NCBI GenBank assembly: GCA_044348065.1
Contig: JBIKTO010000001.1
Coordinates: 1-35,480 of the forward strand
Source of the DNA: Cyanobium sp.
Lineage (GTDB): Bacteria > Cyanobacteriota > Cyanobacteriia > PCC-6307 > Cyanobiaceae
DNA length: 35,480 nucleotides
Direction of reading: 5' to 3'
Shown here: one piece after another, positions 34,390-35,480 of the stretch
Layout of the letters: every line of letters starts with the position of its first letter
Position numbering within the stretch: the first letter of the stretch is position 1
Translations under genes and position numbers: made by a program
The notes under the pieces: generated by a model
What the model saw: the letters and a program-made list of their open reading frames with translations, nothing else
The model's database searches: none
What the model was told of the DNA's origin: nothing

Positions 34390-35480
34390 TTAACGCGACT
34401 CGTCCTTGCTTGGATTTTGGTCAGGAGCATCCTCCGGCTTCTCATCGGGGCTGAGGTCTTGATCCGCCCTCGCGGGGAGATCAGCTGGTTGTTCGGAACG
34501 AGGCTTGCCAAAGGACAAACGGCCAACCAAGGCAGCCAATCCAGATGGGGGTGCGGAATCTGCCTGGCCTTGCTGGAATGACTCGTTTTGGTGAGCTGGG
34601 TTTTGTTCCCTGGTATCGCTGGCGGGCTGGGACGTGTAGCCATCGGCAAGGTAGCGATTTCCCCGCGCTGACCTGGGCAACCTTGAAGGATCACCGGCCT
34701 CGGCAGAGCCATTGCCATTGGAGGCATACGTGTCACGGTAGTTGTTGACACGACCCTTGATGTAACTGGTTAGGTTGTTTCCGTAAGACCCATAGCCGCG
34801 TTTACCCCTGCTGTAGGCGCCCGCATAGGCGTAATGATAGTAGTAACCGTATTCATAGCCATAGTCATTCAGGCGGCTCGGGAAATTGACCTGGTTGCAG
34901 ATCAAGCCGAGCACGTCAACCCCGGTTGCCTTGATGCGACGGCAGGCCTGAGGTGCCAGATCGCGACTCACCTTGCCAAGGCCAACGAGAAAGAGGATCC
35001 CATCGAGCTTCTCACCCAGCAGGATGGGATCGGCGAGCATCAGGCAGGGGGGGGCATCCCAGAGAACGATGTCGTAATCAGGGAGAGCACGAATCTGATC
35101 CACCACTTCCTGGCAGCGACTGGAATTGAGCAGCTTTGCCGGGTCGGGGGGCTTTGGTCCGGAGGGGATGATGTCGAGATTGTCTTGGATGCTCTGAATC
35201 ATCGTTTCAGGCCTCATCGATGAATTTGAAAGCAGACTGGAGAGGCCATCCCCCTGTTCAATACCGAGATAACGGCTTTGCATTGGCAAGCGCATGTCCG
35301 CATCGATGATCAGCACTTTCAAGCCGAGGTCAGCCAGTGTGCGGGCAAAAATGGTGACGGAGGTGGATTTACCTTCGCCTTGGGTGGAGGAGGTAATACC
35401 AACCAAACGAATATCCCGATCGGCGCGCAGAAGTCGGAAGGTGGTGAAGAGGCTACGCAACGACTCTTTAATGGCAAATC
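34390..35480 (-). CDS. wzc: Wzc/CpsD-CapB family BY-kinase, C-terminal part (5' end outside the window)
   Basis: Frame is open to the window edge (FAIKESLRSLFTTFR); Walker A SSTQGEGKST, A' IIDADMR, B VLWDAPP; Tyr cluster DYGYEYGYYYHYAY. Confidence 0.9.
   Translation of the reverse strand, partial: FAIKESLRSLFTTFRLLRADRDIRLVGITSSTQGEGKSTSVTIFARTLADLGLKVLIIDADMRLPMQSRYLGIEQGDGLSSLLSNSSMRPETMIQSIQDNLDIIPSGPKPPDPAKLLNSSRCQEVVDQIRALPDYDIVLWDAPPCLMLADPILLGEKLDGILFLVGLGKVSRDLAPQACRRIKATGVDVLGLICNQVNFPSRLNDYGYEYGYYYHYAYAGAYSRGKRGYGSYGNNLTSYIKGRVNNYRDTYASNGNGSAEAGDPSRLPRSARGNRYLADGYTSQPASDTREQNPAHQNESFQQGQADSAPPSGLAALVGRLSFGKPRSEQPADLPARADQDLSPDEKPEDAPDQNPSKDESR

Noticed and set aside
1-35480. CRISPR array, tRNA/rRNA, integrase or transposase
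   Set aside because: No regularly spaced repeats, RNA gene signatures or recombinase motifs were seen on reading.

Overview
High-GC cyanobacterial chromosome segment, most consistent with a Cyanobium/Synechococcus-type picocyanobacterium (inferred from ftn2, cyanobacterial-type pdhA/ffh/phoH and a cyanoexosortase). Bases 1-6960 are core genes: pdhA (partial, minus), ftn2, ffh, rpsP, a PhoH-family ATPase and a Bax inhibitor-1 family protein, closed by an intrinsic terminator. From 7069 to the window end is a >28 kb surface-polysaccharide locus: galE, a TIGR03790-like protein, a single-chain ABC exporter, 11 glycosyltransferase-like genes (GT61, GT8-like, GT47, five GT2, two GT4, one GT2-GT4 fusion), a Wzy/O-ligase-like membrane protein, a NodU/CmcH carbamoyltransferase, an atypical SDR, a WbpL/WecA-type initiating transferase and a CapD/PglF dehydratase. 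It ends with a cyanoexosortase A-like gene, its probable partner, an HpsJ-like protein, a dual-specificity phosphatase and a convergent Wzc-type tyrosine kinase (partial). The main candidate system is this combined polysaccharide + exosortase locus with an unusual kinase/phosphatase pairing. Sequence-level oddities: two probable CTG starts in CTGA overlaps, two bridging mini-ORFs, an identical 14-bp sequence at two gene junctions, a perfect 28-bp palindrome and a short degenerate tandem repeat upstream of the GT run. Family calls come from motif recognition by eye; no searches were run. No tRNA, rRNA, CRISPR array or mobile element was seen.
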